NCBI GenBank assembly: GCA_012295275.1
Contig: CM022665.1
Location: forward strand, 28,210,001-28,274,000
DNA: 64,000 nucleotides
Source of the DNA: Chrysomallon squamiferum
Taxonomy: Eukaryota > Animalia > Mollusca
Direction of reading: 5' to 3'
The notes beneath the pieces were generated by a model. The model worked only from the letters and a program-made list of their open reading frames with translations. It was not told the origin of the DNA and searched no databases. Shown one piece after another: positions 1 through 14,044 of this stretch (positions are counted from its first letter, which is position 1; the number at the start of each line of letters is the position of its first letter). The position numbers and the translations under genes were made by a program.

Positions 1-228
1 CATTTATATAAATGTATATATATATATTAAAAAAATATATATATAAAAAAATAATAAAATAAAAACAAGATTACTTCATTACTAAGAATTTAGGTATAAA
101 AGTAACAGAATATTTGTGCTGTTTCAGTAGCAGAAATGATTCAGCTATCACAATTCAAAATTATTTTACTTTCATAAAAAATATTTATATTTATAAACAA
201 ATTAATTTTCAAAAAAGAATGCCAATTT

Positions 229-269
<41 letters not shown>

Positions 270-351
270 TATATTCTGTTAATAATGCAAAATGTTTAAA
301 ATTAAGCCATTGCATTATATTACTAATAAACAAATAAATAAACAATGTTAC

Positions 352-1237
352 CTGTAGCTACATTGATCTTAAAGAGACCTAGGTAAGCATCTGCTACAAT
401 TAAGTAACCACTGTTGTCCAGTCGCATCCCTAGAGGACGTCCACATGTTGGTTCATTGTCAAAATTACCTGGAAATAATGTGCAATAAATTAAGATAAGC
501 TAACAGAAACATAAATTATTTAATTACTAATGTGATACTTCTAACATATTAATTATGAAAATGATTCTTTAATATGTAAAAAAACCCAACAATTAAAACA
601 TCTTTAATGTTACTGTTATTTATGGAAATGTGTATTTTCACCAAGTGTTAGGATGCACCAACTTCCTGCTTGTGATTTAACTGTACAGTGTACTGTCAGA
701 CTAATTTAATTATGATTTATTAGTAGTCACATAATAAAAATTCCCCACCAATATCAAAAATAAATATTTTAACATATGGCACTGAAAAAAAGACTTTAAT
801 GTGACTGTTACCATCCAAATCATGTGCAAACTATTCAAATTAATATCAATGTTGGTTTTGAACAGATCAAGCTGTGTAATAAATTTTAAAGTTCTTATTT
901 CTTCTAAAACATTTTAAATTAAAAAGAAACAAATATCAAAAAAACAAAACAAAAAAACCCAGTTAAGCCCTCCTTATATATATATCATTTGATTTCTGGA
1001 TATCTGTACAAATTTAATCATAAAGTAAAGTGTTACTTCAAATTTTATTTATTTTATTTGTTGCTACATAAATACTATTAAAATCTATCTATAAAAGTTA
1101 AGATTTTCTACACACCACATGGTTCTTGACCCAGTCTGGCCAAAACTCTAGCACTGCCTTTGTAAATATCTAAAATCTTTCCATCCGAAGTTCCTGTGTA
1201 GATATGATCTGAAAGTGAATAAATAAATATTAAAAAG

Positions 1238-1276
<39 letters not shown>

Positions 1277-4257
1277 TTAAAAATAAAAATATTAAACTTG
1301 CTATTTGTGAGTTCTGAATCAAATATTTTAAACAACATTTGTCAGATTTGTTGTGGCTTAATTGAAAACAACATGTTGAAACTGTTGTCAGCTTTAGGAT
1401 AATAATTTTTACTTAATCTTAGCATATTATTCTGCTACGGTCTATTTGTGATAAACACATCTACAGGGACCAGTTCATCTTCATAAACTCCTGAATATGT
1501 GTTAATTTCATCTAATAATTACAAAATTACTGTTTCTTTTCTCAAATGTATTTTAAATAAACAATTACTTGTCTAATTAAATATGCAATGCACTGTATAG
1601 ATGAACTTTTTTGTAGTATCAGAATTAACTTAATGACAAAAGTAGTATTTTACTTTGATGTAAAAAAATGTAATCAATAAACGTATAAGAAGAAATTTGA
1701 ATATAACAATCACATGAAATGCCATACAGGAAAATACAGTATTTCTTTTTTGAACTAGTTAATCAATATACTGAACTCAAATTTTGTGTCATCTTTTTAA
1801 CATTATGTTTTGTCTTTATAATTACTATTTAATTCAAATCTCTATTTAATATTACAATTTTTTGTTTGTTTGTTAGTATCTGGGAATTCTCTTTTCACAA
1901 TATATAACAGTAATGAAACAACTTTACAGCAGAAGCCAATAATTAATCATTTCTATATCGTAACAGTTAAATAAATAAATAATAATGAATGAATGAATGT
2001 TTAACGACACCCCAGCATTAAAATACATTGGCTACTGGGTGTCAAACAAAGTTAAATATAACAAACTGGTGAATATTTTCTATATGAAAATAATAATAAT
2101 AATAATAATATCTGTCCTATGTTGTTTCTATTCAAAATAATAATTTATTATAATACAGAAAACCAACCTCCATCAATGACTAAGGATTCAGGTCCATTGA
2201 TTTCATTTTCAAACAGTCTTTCTGTCTTAGATAACTTTTCATTAGGTGACAATGCACCTACACTTTCCGGAGGCTCAGGAAGACTGGAGAAAATAAATAA
2301 ATAAATAAAAATTAAAAATAGTTAAACTGATAAATATTTCTATAAAAAAAAAACATTAATATTATGAAGATGATATACTTATTATTCTGACAGCACTTAA
2401 AAATGTACAATATTTCATACAGACAGTAAAAAACAATAAAACCATTTATTGTTTTGTATAAAGCAATAAATGTGTGGTGTAAATGAAAAGATTCAGCATA
2501 AATTTTATATACTTCCAAATAATTGTTTTATTTGTAATTGTGACAAATGCCAAATTCTATGACGCTACAGGACTATGCTGATAATGAAAAAAAAAAAAAA
2601 AAAAAGCAAGAACGTTTAAGTTAGTCTCTGGAGTTCCTTGGCTGCAGTCCTTATCTTAATCTGACATCAGCTGTTAAAATAAAATATTAGGCTTACCATT
2701 TATTATTATAAGATCAGAATATTTTAGGTAAGGAACAAGCATAACTGAAAATGGCACATGGAGGCTGACATTTCTTTTGCTTTTAAAATTAATTTATTAT
2801 ACTCATTTCACAGAACTTTGAAAACAGAATAATAATTTCCCAACAAACTGCAGGTGGCATATTGGTATTTGTAATGGTTTGCATCATCATTCAAGTTTAA
2901 TTTATTTAATTTTGTTTAGATTTACAAATAAAAAATCACAACTAAAAATAATAAGAACAACAACAATAACAATAATAAATAAAATATCAGTTTCTGGGAA
3001 TGCTCATAAGCTATAATTTATTTTTATTGAAGACTGAATATGAAGAGACAGAAAATGGTATTTTGGCTATTTGAATATACTATAAAAACACCTTAAACAT
3101 ACTTGTTTGTGTCTGCGACGGACACGCCCGCTGACCTGTCAGAAAGCGTGCCCGTCGCAGACGTGCTTCACAACAGCTTGCTCTGATTAGCACGTAAAAT
3201 TGTTTCCTATTCCTATTCCTATACTTGTTTGTGTGGTCCATTTCGTGTCTACGAATATGAAAATCATTATGTTATATAAAAACAATTGGTGACAAATTAC
3301 ACTGATTTGTTACCTCAAAGCTACTGGATCAATAGGTGAGGGAATTAAAAACAAAATCACTGCTAGAATGATGGTAGCAACTACAAAGGCAATGGCAAAG
3401 GCACCCCATCTGAAAAAAATACAATAATAATAATAATAATCATAATAATAATGATGAAATGAATAACAGAAATAAAAAGACAATTTAAACATTACAAATA
3501 ATAAAGTAAAATGAAAAATAATACCATATTTTGTGCACATAGAATATTAATCTACATGCTGTTGTTGTTTACTATTATTTGTTTTAATTTTTTTTTATAT
3601 TAAAAAGCTTTTTTGTTACTAATGCATTAAATAGAATTGTTGATAGTGATTGAGGGAAAAATAATGATAATATATTGATTAATTTACAAATAAATAAGGA
3701 AAAAAAAAGAAGAACATAATAATCAGGTTATTTTTGTCATCACATTTACGATATTATGTTTTAAATGATTACATTTGTACAGATGTATCAGAAATCAAAT
3801 GATATATACCTGCTGGGGTTAGTGATTTTTTAATAACGAAAAATCATGTTAGACACTGTTTTCATATAATAATATATTTAATTAATACACTGTAAAATTA
3901 TTCGAAGCCTATCGACGTTTGTTTAGTAACGACTCATAAATAATTATACACATTCCAATGCTCATAACAGTGCTAAATAAATCTCACGGGTTCATGTTTT
4001 TTTTTTTTTTTAATGTTTTATTTCAAATTACCGGTTTGATACATTTTCCTTAATAATAAGCATACAGTACACGCCCAACAATCATCGTTACTAGCTTAAT
4101 AATAATATTATCTAAAATTTGTTTCTCAAATAAACATCGACTTAAGACTTAAGTACCCTTGAGCTGCTGCAGTTTCTCTTTTAGCGTCATCACTACTTGA
4201 TTTTATTTCTTCTTGTGACAAGCTTTCAATTTTTCTCTGTCTTAAGTTAGACGTCAT
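352..4257 (-). CDS. APMAP: Adipocyte plasma membrane-associated protein (strictosidine synthase-like beta-propeller, type II membrane protein); 5' five exons, gene continues beyond the window's left edge
   Basis: GT-AG exons 4257-4157, 3409-3314, 2283-2168, 1208-1116 and 468-352 splice in frame. They give MTSNLRQRK..., a hydrophobic anchor (WGAFAIAFVVATIILAVILFLIPSPIDP), ...PNEKL..TERLFENEINGPESLVIDG, DHIYTGTSDGKI... and EPTCGRPLGMRLD..GYLIVADAYLGLFKIN. These are hallmark APMAP/hemomucin motifs. Confidence 0.93.
1984..2050 (-). mobile_element. Probable SINE 3'-tail remnant in an APMAP intron
   Basis: (GAAT)n run adjoining GACACCCCAG...CTGGGTGTC (short stem-loop). A stem-loop plus tandem tail is the typical arrangement of SINE/LINE 3' ends. 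Confidence 0.45.
3099..3234 (+). mobile_element. 5'-truncated non-LTR retroelement (SINE/LINE 3' end) with 14-bp target-site duplication
   Basis: ATACTTGTTTGTGT occurs at 3099-3112 and 3221-3234, flanking a 108-bp GC-rich insert that ends in (CCTATT)n. Confidence 0.75.
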
Positions 4258-5339
4258 GTCAGTGACATTATCAGAACTTCAAAACAATGTTTACATGGAA
4301 GTCACTTCACTTAAGATCTCAACCACAATTACACAAGCAACGGGTTTTCTTTTCTTTTTTTTTCTTTCTTTTTTTCAGTCTTATCAGTTGATATTTTGTA
4401 TTTTAAGATTTATTTTTGCCACTACTTTCAAACTCTTATAGCAGCAATAATTTATTAAAATTTGTTTATATATTGTTGTTTTCGCAATAAAATTCCATTA
4501 AGTAAAAATGTTATTAAAAGTTTCAGTAACAACAATTTTCCTGATACAATTGTGGTCTGATACCTCGACAGCATAAGCGCATAAATATCAAGAAATTTGA
4601 AAATAAACTAGACATTAAGTGATATTTCTCTAAATTATTTAATAAGTAAAAACTATTTTATATAATCATATAATCCATATTAGTGTAAAGCAACCTATAC
4701 AGTATTTCATATTTCCTTATTATTAATTGTTTTTAAAGGAATATTTATTACTGCGGATTAATTTATCCGAGAGCAGTTAAGAGGAAAACATGTCATCCGC
4801 TATGATGGTAATTTGGAATATTGAGCATTTGTATGTGTTTTATCTCTTTTTAATGCTGTTTTGAGATTTGACATTTTCCAGAAATATTGGGATTGTTACG
4901 AATTACATTCTGATAATCATTTTAACGTATCGACAAACGAATATCTGCATAGTCCTCAATGATTTCTGAAGTGTCAGAAGGTTCATAAAAATTAAAATAA
5001 TAAACAACAAAATACGATCATGTTCTGATACCGGTTTCTTTCAGACGACGGAAATTATTTGATGATACTCTAAGTGTATTTATTTTGTTTGTAATACTTT
5101 AAAAAATGTGTCACTTTAGTGCACAAAAAATCGATAATGTTAAAAAATAAACATGAATTTATTTGATCCTGGATTTGGAATAATCGTTCTCTGTTGCTTA
5201 AATAGTATTTTGTGTGTATTTGTTTTGATTAATATTAAAGATTATTTTGCATTTCAGTTTTAAAACAGGTTTTTGCAAGATGTAGTTTATTCCATCATCA
5301 GTGCCAGTTGTTTCTGATGTTTGACAATTCTATGTGAAA
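4258..5339. promoter_or_regulatory. Shared/bidirectional promoter and 5' UTR region of APMAP and BTBD9
   Basis: Divergent start codons are ~1.1 kb apart. CpG is locally retained relative to both gene bodies. BTBD9 has an acceptor at 5257 upstream of its ATG and a candidate UTR donor near 4807. Confidence 0.7.
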
Positions 5340-8300
5340 ATGTCCGATCATCATCATCATCTTCGATCTCCAACACCTGTTGGTATTGTTGACCATGTTG
5401 GTACTCTGTCTGACAATTTAGCTGAGCTTGTGGAAAATGAAGATTACAGTGACATTACACTGATAGTTGAAAAGACTCGTTTTCCTGGACATAAAATTAT
5501 ACTGGCATCAAGATCAGAATATTTTAGGTAAGGAACATGCATAATTGGAAATACTCCAATTATTCCAAAATCTAAATCTGTAAATTTATAAGCATATAAA
5601 TGTTCAGGATGTTATAAAATGTATCTGTTTGTTTTCTTTTATAGAGCTTTGTTATTTGGAGGAATGAAGGAATCTTTGCCTGGTGTTAAAGAAATTGAAC
5701 TACAGGATACCCCACCAATTGCTTTTTCTTCCTTACTAAAATACATGTACACTGGTCGCATGAATCTTATGGAATTTAAGGTTAATATCAATTAGTGAGG
5801 ATGACTGTCAGATAATTAGAGATTTTCATAAAACTTCTTTTCTTGTGATGTTAATCATAATGATGTACCTCAAGTAATATTCTTTGATTATACATTATTA
5901 TAATAAATAATAATCACATAGCTAAACAATTTTTATTTAGGATTTTAATTAGGCTAGTTTCAGTTTGTTACTGTCATACTTTTTTTTAATAAAAGTAAAT
6001 TTTCAGTTACTAGAATCCATTAGTAACTATATTAAGTGTTAACTGCATCACTATTAAAAGTATTATGTAAGCATCAATTTTTGTATGTATGTACATAGGA
6101 AAACAAAGAGCTAAGTAAATATGTTTGTAAGGCTATAATATTGTACATATATTATAACTGTTTTTATTAATTTTTGTTGACATCATAGGAAGAAAATTTG
6201 TTGGATATTCTTGGACTTGCTCATAGATTTGGTTTTGTTGAACTGGAGTCATCAATCTCGGATTATCTTAAAGCTAATTTGAATATCAGGAATGTTTGTG
6301 TTATTTATGATCTGGCCAACATGTATAATCTAACATCGTTGTGTAATGTGTGTAAAGAATTCATTGAGCGGAATGCTTCTGAGATTCTCAAGTCTGAAGC
6401 ATTCATGTCATTATCACAGGTACTTCCTTACCAAATTCACTGAAATTTTGCCAATTTCCTTCTTTGTTCATGCTGATGTTAAATTGACATTTAGAATATA
6501 TTTAATAAAATTTGTTATATTTGTGACTTCTCTATCGTTGTGAGTTAGGGTATATAAATTACCATAAAACACAAACATAATACTCTGTGTTTATGTGTGT
6601 ATGTATGTGTATATAAACACATTGACTTCCTGTTTGCAGTTGAGTATAAAAATGAAAAAAAACATTAAAAATTAGTATGTTACTTAGATGTTTTTTAAAC
6701 AATATGTAATTATATTAAGTCCAAACTTGTTGTATAATGGTATGTTTTCTGTTTTGCAGTCTTCAGCACGACAACTGTTACAAAGAGATTCATTTTGTGC
6801 ACAAGAAATAGAAATTTTCTGTGCTGTTCGTGAGTGGGCCGAACATAACCCAGGCCAGGATCCAACACCAATACTGGACATGGTCAGACTTCCACTCATG
6901 ACAATGAATGAATTGCTTAACATTGTGCGACCCACTGGGCTGGTTTCTCCTGATGTCATCTTGGATGCCATAAACACACAGCTACAGTGTAGAAATAACA
7001 AACTTCAATACAGAGGCTTACTTTGTATGTTTCAACAGATTTGTATTTTGATTTCTTCAAATTTGTTTTCTCTTTGTCTTAACTCTATTTCTGTCTGTAC
7101 AATGTTGGAATGTGTTGCAAACAAACATATAAAAGCATATTTCTCTTTTAAATTTCTGTGCTCAGAAATTTTAGCAGTATTAGTATTATTACATTCTTTG
7201 AGTTAATTTTTCAAAAATGTTTCAGTGTACTAGCAGTGATTAATTGAAATCATATGACAGATGAAACAAAATTTTAGAATTATAATAAAATATGTCATTT
7301 ATAATATTGCTTTATTCAGTAATGGATGAAAATGTTGCCACATCCCGTCATGGAAGTCAGGTTCTTCGTGGAGAGATGAAATCGTCACTTCTGGATGGAG
7401 ATCGTCGCACATATGATCTGGATCGAGGTTTTTCTAGGCACCCAATTGATGACAACAATGGACAAGGAATTGTTGTGAAACTTGGCCAGGCTTTCATGAT
7501 AAATGCAATAAACATGTTGTTGTGGGATAGAGATATGAGGTTATTACATATATTTTGCAGTTTTGAAACTTTTGAGTAAACTATATTTCTCATAGCTACA
7601 TACAGTGTGGAGAAAATTAATAATTTTAACAAAATGCTATTTGCTGTTAATTTTATTTTTAATATTTCTATTATGATTGTTTTTATGAAATATAAATAAA
7701 TAAAACCTACTGTTACAAAATATAATTTTAAACTGCAGTGTAATTTGCATTTTTTTTATCACTTTAAGATGTGTTCACTGAATAACGTTTTCTTTGTTAT
7801 TACTGCAGGTCTTATTCATATTACATTGAAGTGTCAATGGATGATAAGGATTATGAACGTATTATTGATCATACACAACACTTGTGTCGATCCTGGCAGA
7901 GGTTGCGCTTTCCCGAAAGAGTTGTCAGGTTAGAGGGAAATTTTGTTTACCTAGGTTTTAAGACTGTTCTTATTATGCAACATATCACACAAACTTGTAA
8001 CTCAATTCCTAAATTTAGTTGAATGTTCTCACATTACAAATCTGTTGTATAGTATATCCCTGTTCTAAGAGTCAAAATTCACTTAGCCAATATCACTTTC
8101 ATAATAATGTATTATAGTAAGTGTGATTAAGAAATAAGAATTTTGTTTACTGTTTTATAATAGCAGCTTTATTTCATGTTGGTTTTAGCACTTAGTTATC
8201 TGCTGTCCTTTCTTTTTTTATTAAAATAATTCTATATTGTCATTATTAAATTTGATGCAGGTAACCAGGTAACAAAAGTTTTGAATAATGGTGTAAATAC

Positions 8301-11300
8301 GTATATACAGTATATCATTCTGCCTCCAAAAAAAAGAAAATGAGCTATCAAAAACTAATGCATACTTGTTTAATTTCATCAGATTACATTAAATAATTAA
8401 GGTTATTACCTGATTCTTTGTTTCAGATATATCCGGATTGTTGGGACTCACAACACTGTAAATAGAGTTTTCCACCTGGTAGGAGTTGAATGTATACACA
8501 TGTCAGCACCATGTAGTTTGGAACAAGGTTTAGTAGGTAAGTTTTTACCTCAGAACTTTATTCTGAGATAGATAGGTCTTGATGAGAAAGAATAAGAAAT
8601 TGGTCCACATGAATTCTTAATTAAACATTCTTTAATGACACTGTAAAAGTCACTAACATTAAAATTTTCAAGATCTCAAATTTTGTAAAGTTAAGATTTA
8701 TCACAATTAAATAAACATTGTATCATATTTAAAACTGTATTATAATGACTTTATTTCATCTTGTCAGTTTTGTTTATTTTTATCATTCTCTAGTCTCGAG
8801 TACTCATAGATCAGCAACAAACTGATAATGATTGTTAATCTTTGTAGTTATGAATTGTATTTTCTACAGTCATCTTTTATATAAAATGGTTAGTTCTCAA
8901 CTTTAGACACTAGTTCGTTCCAGGTTATCTTTCGTTAAATGAGAACTTGTAAAGCAGGAGGTATTTTCCTATAATTTTTTTTATCATTTGGGTTTCAGCC
9001 CTCAAACATTTATAATACATTTTTGCCAAATAAACAAACATTCACAGCTAAGTTTGGTCACTCTGATTTTCATCAGATCGAGTATTTTTATTTTTTTATT
9101 ATTATTATTATTTATTTTTTATTCAGCAACATTTCAAGAGTTGTCTGTTTGCAACACTTTTTTTTGTTTTGTTTCTTTTTTTTTTTTTTGTTCTTTATAA
9201 AATTGCTGATAGCAAGCAAAGTCAATTTTCAAATTTGTGATAATCTTTATTAGGCAAAAATGTGTATGTACATATGTGTGTGTGTGTGTTTAGGTAGGTA
9301 AGTTGGTATATATAAACTGTTTGTGTGTATTTTTCAGTACCAACAGAAAATGTTGCCACCATAAAGAAAAATGCCTGTGTGATAGAAGGAGTGTCGCGAA
9401 GTCGTGATGCACTGATCAATGGAGAAACTAGACATTATGACTGGGATTCTGGTTACACATGTCACCAGCTGGGTAGTGGAGCCATTGTTGTTCAGCTTGC
9501 ACAGCCTTACATTATTGACTCTATGAGGTGAATTTTATTTTTGACACTTAGTATTAGATCAGTGACTGAACGGCTGATTACATATCCTCTTTAATAACTT
9601 GCTGTTACATTTATGTTAGATTATTTGGCATGAATGCTGTCAAATTACATATTGTTAGATTACTTTTTATTATGTATATGTCTTGTTAAATTACTTACTA
9701 TATTGTGATTAGTGTATTTTGATTCACATTAATACCCCACTTTGTGTCAAGTTCAACATTTATGCCATTTTTTAAGGGTAAATTTCATTCACGGAACATC
9801 ATTACGTCCACTGTTACACAAATCAGTAGCATCACCTATGTCAGGGTTTATCAACCTAGTGAAAACTTCCATTCTCTGATATAAAATGGAAAAAAATAAA
9901 TTAAACATTTAACTTAACATTTGATTTTCATTCCACATAACTCCTGAGATTGATGATTGCTTGCTAACTCCTTAACTTTTGTTTTGGTTTGATGTTACTT
10001 AATCTAACTAATATTCCCTAATGCAGATATCTCAACACTCTTTCTGTCTTTATTCAAAATTATGTTCACAGAATATGATGTAGAAAAACATAAAAGAAGT
10101 TGGAACTTTTTCAGAATACATCTGTGGATAAAGTCTTTAGGAAATTATTGATTCCCCTTCCCCATAAATCACACAATCCCTTTTTAAATCTGTAGTCATC
10201 TTTTTCATCAGACTTAAATTTTTGAATATCATCCATGACTTCACTTTAAAATTAAACAAGTCTGTAAATCTTGCATTCGTTTCCTTGTTTAAAGTAATTG
10301 ATAATATCTTCAATTATGAATGCATCTTCAGCTAGTTCTCAGATGTTATGAAATGTTTTGTTTATAAGGTTGAAACTGACACAAAATGCAGCAGGCAGTA
10401 AGCCAATATATATCAGTTTGAAATGTTTTTCTTTCAGTGCTTAATAAACTAATTATTACTAGTTTTTCAGTCTGCAGTTTAATTGTTTTGATTACAGAAT
10501 GGATGAAGAAAGAATTTAATAAAACCTAACTTTTAAATGTGTTTTTATACTTTTTTAAGGTTTAGCAATTATTAGATTTGTTCAAGAGTTATTTACAGAG
10601 TTTGTCATTATTTTAAGACATTTTTGAAATGTTACATCAGGGTTACATCACAGCTTTTGGAATCAGTTAATAACACTTGGCAGGATATGACTGCACATCC
10701 TATTAAATAACTTTTTAATACATATACATTCAGGTTATTTTTGTATTATAAGCAGTTAAACTATTAATATTACATTTGTGGATACCTTGTTTCAGTACAT
10801 TTATATATTATACTAGACAGTTTAATAACTGTTATTAGATTACTTTGTCAGTATGCTTTTAATTAACTTGATGTTATATTTCTGGCTTTATAATTTTTGT
10901 ATAGTTTATTAAATATGTTGTATGATTATGTTTGTGTTTGTTTAAAAAATTGGGAAATTTTTATGTCACTGTTTCTAAAATTTTTTTTATATAGTATGAT
11001 AACATGCATCTAAATTTATTACTAATTCAGACTGTTACTGTGGGACTGTGATGATAGAAGTTACAGTTATTATGTTGAAGTTTCCACAGATCAACACAAG
11101 TGGCACATGGTTGCTGATAAGAGGAATGAAGCATGCAAGTGAGTATTTTACTTTTGCTGTATACATGTTTTATATTAATTGCAAAGTATGAGAGTTAGAA
11201 GATATTTACAGCAGCTCAGTGGTAGAGATCTTGCTTCAGGACCTCAGTATGGTTCATTTCATTCAACTACAGCTAATATCTCCAGACTGTTTTTTCAAAG

Positions 11301-12338
11301 ACCTTGTTGCCTGTTTGCCATATTATGCAAAATGAGAAGTTTTCAGAGTAAGTGTCATCTGGTTACATTTCAGAAATGTCCATACGTCTACGTTAGAAAA
11401 CATTTAGAAATTCATTTTAGTAGTTAGAATTCTTATTATCAGGAAACATCTCTTCATTAACATAAGCAGAGTTCTGTTAAAATGAGTTGACAGTTCACAT
11501 GGCACCCCAGTTTCTTTTGTAGTATTTATGACATGAGATTTATTAGCTTTTATTATTTGGCAGTGTATGAAAAATTTAAAATGAACTTGTGAATTTTTCA
11601 GGTCATGGCAAACTATCAGGTTTGAAAAAAGACCTGTGGCTCTGATTCGAATTGTAGGAACTCACAATACAGCTAATGAGGTAAACATACAGTTAGTGAA
11701 CTAATAGTATTCATTAGATACATTACTCCAATTTGATCATGATATTTTATTTATTTGTTTATTATTTTTTTAAATCTGTGTACTGCAGTAAAGAAGTTAC
11801 TGAAAGTAAATAATAATAAAAAATGTAATTAAAATTAAATCTCCTCTAGCTTGAGTTATTCATATAATGCAGGCAGTCTTTGGCAGCAGAGCAAGTTTAA
11901 AACATTTAAGTTTAAGTCCATTTTACTGAAATACTAATGAATCAAGCAAAAGAGTATCATCTTAGTGCTAAGCAGTTGACTGCAGATGCTAATTTGTTTA
12001 TTGTGCAGGTTTTCCATTGTGTCCACTTTGAATGTCCAGCAGACACCTTATCAGGGCCAGTGCCATCTTCTGTTCATGTTCCCTCCATGGGTGTTTCTAC
12101 CATGTCTCTGGTAGCAGGTCCACCCATCAGTCCATCTGTTAGTGTTACCAATGCCTCTATGAACCGGTCTAACCCACAGCAGCACCTCGTCAGAGATGGA
12201 CATCAGAACATCTCTCCTCGTTCCCAGAGTCCTGATCCAGATAATCAGGACCGTTATGCTGGTCCAGATTTCTGTTCCCAGGATACACCAGAAGCTGATC
12301 GAATGGATGCTGATGGTCATAGGCAACTGAATTTTTAA
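5340..12338 (+). CDS. BTBD9: BTB/POZ domain-containing protein 9 (BTB, BACK and two F5/8 type C-like domains), complete CDS
   Basis: Exons 5340-5527, 5645-5780, 6189-6419, 6760-7024, 7320-7539, 7809-7928, 8427-8536, 9338-9527, 11031-11138, 11602-11680 and 12009-12338, with GT-AG junctions. Motifs: YSDITLIVEKTRFPGHKIILASRSEYFRALLFGGMKES, VRLPLM, ENVAT, YDLDRGFSRHPIDD, LLWDRDMRSYSY, YDWDSGYTCHQLGSGAIVVQLAQPY, VGTHNTANEVFHCVHFECP. Confidence 0.97.
11211..11280 (+). mobile_element. Degenerate tRNA-derived SINE head in a BTBD9 intron
   Basis: A-box-like AGCTCAGTGGTAGAG followed by a decayed GGTTCA. No tRNA cloverleaf. Confidence 0.35.
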
Positions 12339-13983
12339 AGGTTGTTTTTTTAATTTTATTTTTTCCTTTTCCCTCATTTTGCTGCTGTCACTGGATGATT
12401 GAATATTCTCAGTGGATTAAAATGAAAAGAATATTATTAGCATAACTTAGTTAAGAATTATATAACTAAAAAATGTACATTATAATCATATAATAATTCA
12501 ATCTTTTCCAGATTTGCATGACAGTAAAACTAACTGAAAAAATCTTTTGCTAAGCTGATAAAGTGTATTTTCAGTGAATGAATTTAATATATTTAAAGAT
12601 TCATAAGAAACTGAATAACATTTGTAATACCAAGATGCAAACAAAAAAGTTTTTCATCATGTAAAATAGTTTCTCTGAGTGCCTTAGAAAGTCTTGAGTT
12701 ACTTTTCTTTACAAACAGTTGTAAACTGGTTAGAAACCTATATCGATGTATGTCCTAAAATCATATAAATATATATAAAATAATAATAACAAAATTTAAC
12801 CTGCTAATATTTAACCCTGTTATTCAAATACATTTGTGGTTTGATGATGGTGTTTTTTATTTCTGATGGGTAATATTTGGTGACTTAAAAATGCCAAAAG
12901 CATTAGTAAATTGAAAAAATAGTACTTATATTTAGAGTGTATTTAAATAAAGCAGGATCAGATATGAGTTTTCCAAAAGATTTTAAAATAACTAAAATGT
13001 AGGGTATTAATTTTTAAAGAATGCAATTTATTTGAGATAGGTTAACATAATAATTATTGTGGGTAATAACAATCTATGCATATGAAGTAAAATATTAATA
13101 ACAAAAATATTTACTTCTTGTATAAACTAGATTAGAATTAATTGTCTTTTTTCATTGTTTAGACTTTTTAAAAGGGCATTCTTACTGTATACAGGCTTGA
13201 GGTTTGTGTTGAACTGTAGTGTGGGATCTCCTAATACTCTATTAACATTAGTCTAACTTTACTATTTGTTTTGCTGGATTTCAAAACATTAATCATTTTT
13301 ATTATTATTATTATTATTTGTTTACCGTCAGGGCTACATTAATTCTTTTTAATTCTGCTTTCTGGTGTAAAAAATATTATTGGAAAGTTTTTGTAAAGTA
13401 TATAATGTCCCCTCCATTTAAAATATGTAACATTCAGTGTTTTATGTTTGTTAATAATTAATGTTATCCGTAATGTTTTATATATTTTGTTTGTTTTTCA
13501 TTTTGAATGAGTAAACAGAAACCATTTGTCATCTGCAAGACTATATATATATATATATATGCTGATGATGTTAGCTATATGTGGTATTTAGATTATATTT
13601 ATTTAAATTATGAACCTCTGTGTTACAGAATTACTTCATGTTGCAGACTAGAGTTCTTTTGTTTCCCCCCATCCCGTTTTGAAAATGTAGTAGTTAACAA
13701 TATTTATCAAGCTGCTTTAAAATCGTATTATTATGATTAATTGCTTCTTAATTTTATTTTATTAATTTTTTACTTTTAGTTAAATAGGTGGGCTTTTTCT
13801 TGCTTTTCATACTGAATCGGTAAACAGATCTTGTATATCTGCAGTTAATGTGTTGCATATAAATCTTTACAGAAACTGCTGAAATTGAATTTATTTTTGT
13901 TGTTGTTCCTAAAGAAATTTTTTTTTTTTTTTTCTTTATTGCTTTTATTGGTTATTACATCTTAACAACTTTTGGTTATTTAT

Positions 13984-14044
<61 letters not shown>

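Noticed and set aside
3111-3162. Hammerhead ribozyme (CTGA...GAAA inside a hairpin)
   Set aside because: Lacks the CUGANGA core and the three-stem junction.
4032-4048. AG/GT-bounded 17-nt micro-exon candidate in APMAP intron 1
   Set aside because: It would shift the frame; exons 1 and 2 already join in phase without it.
6684-7632. Antisense ORFs over BTBD9 exons (also over the 7TM and LRRC74-like exons)
   Set aside because: Shadow frames of real coding exons, with no independent motifs.
11211-11280. tRNA gene
   Set aside because: Only an A-box-like stretch; no acceptor stem or intact T arm. Treated as a SINE remnant.
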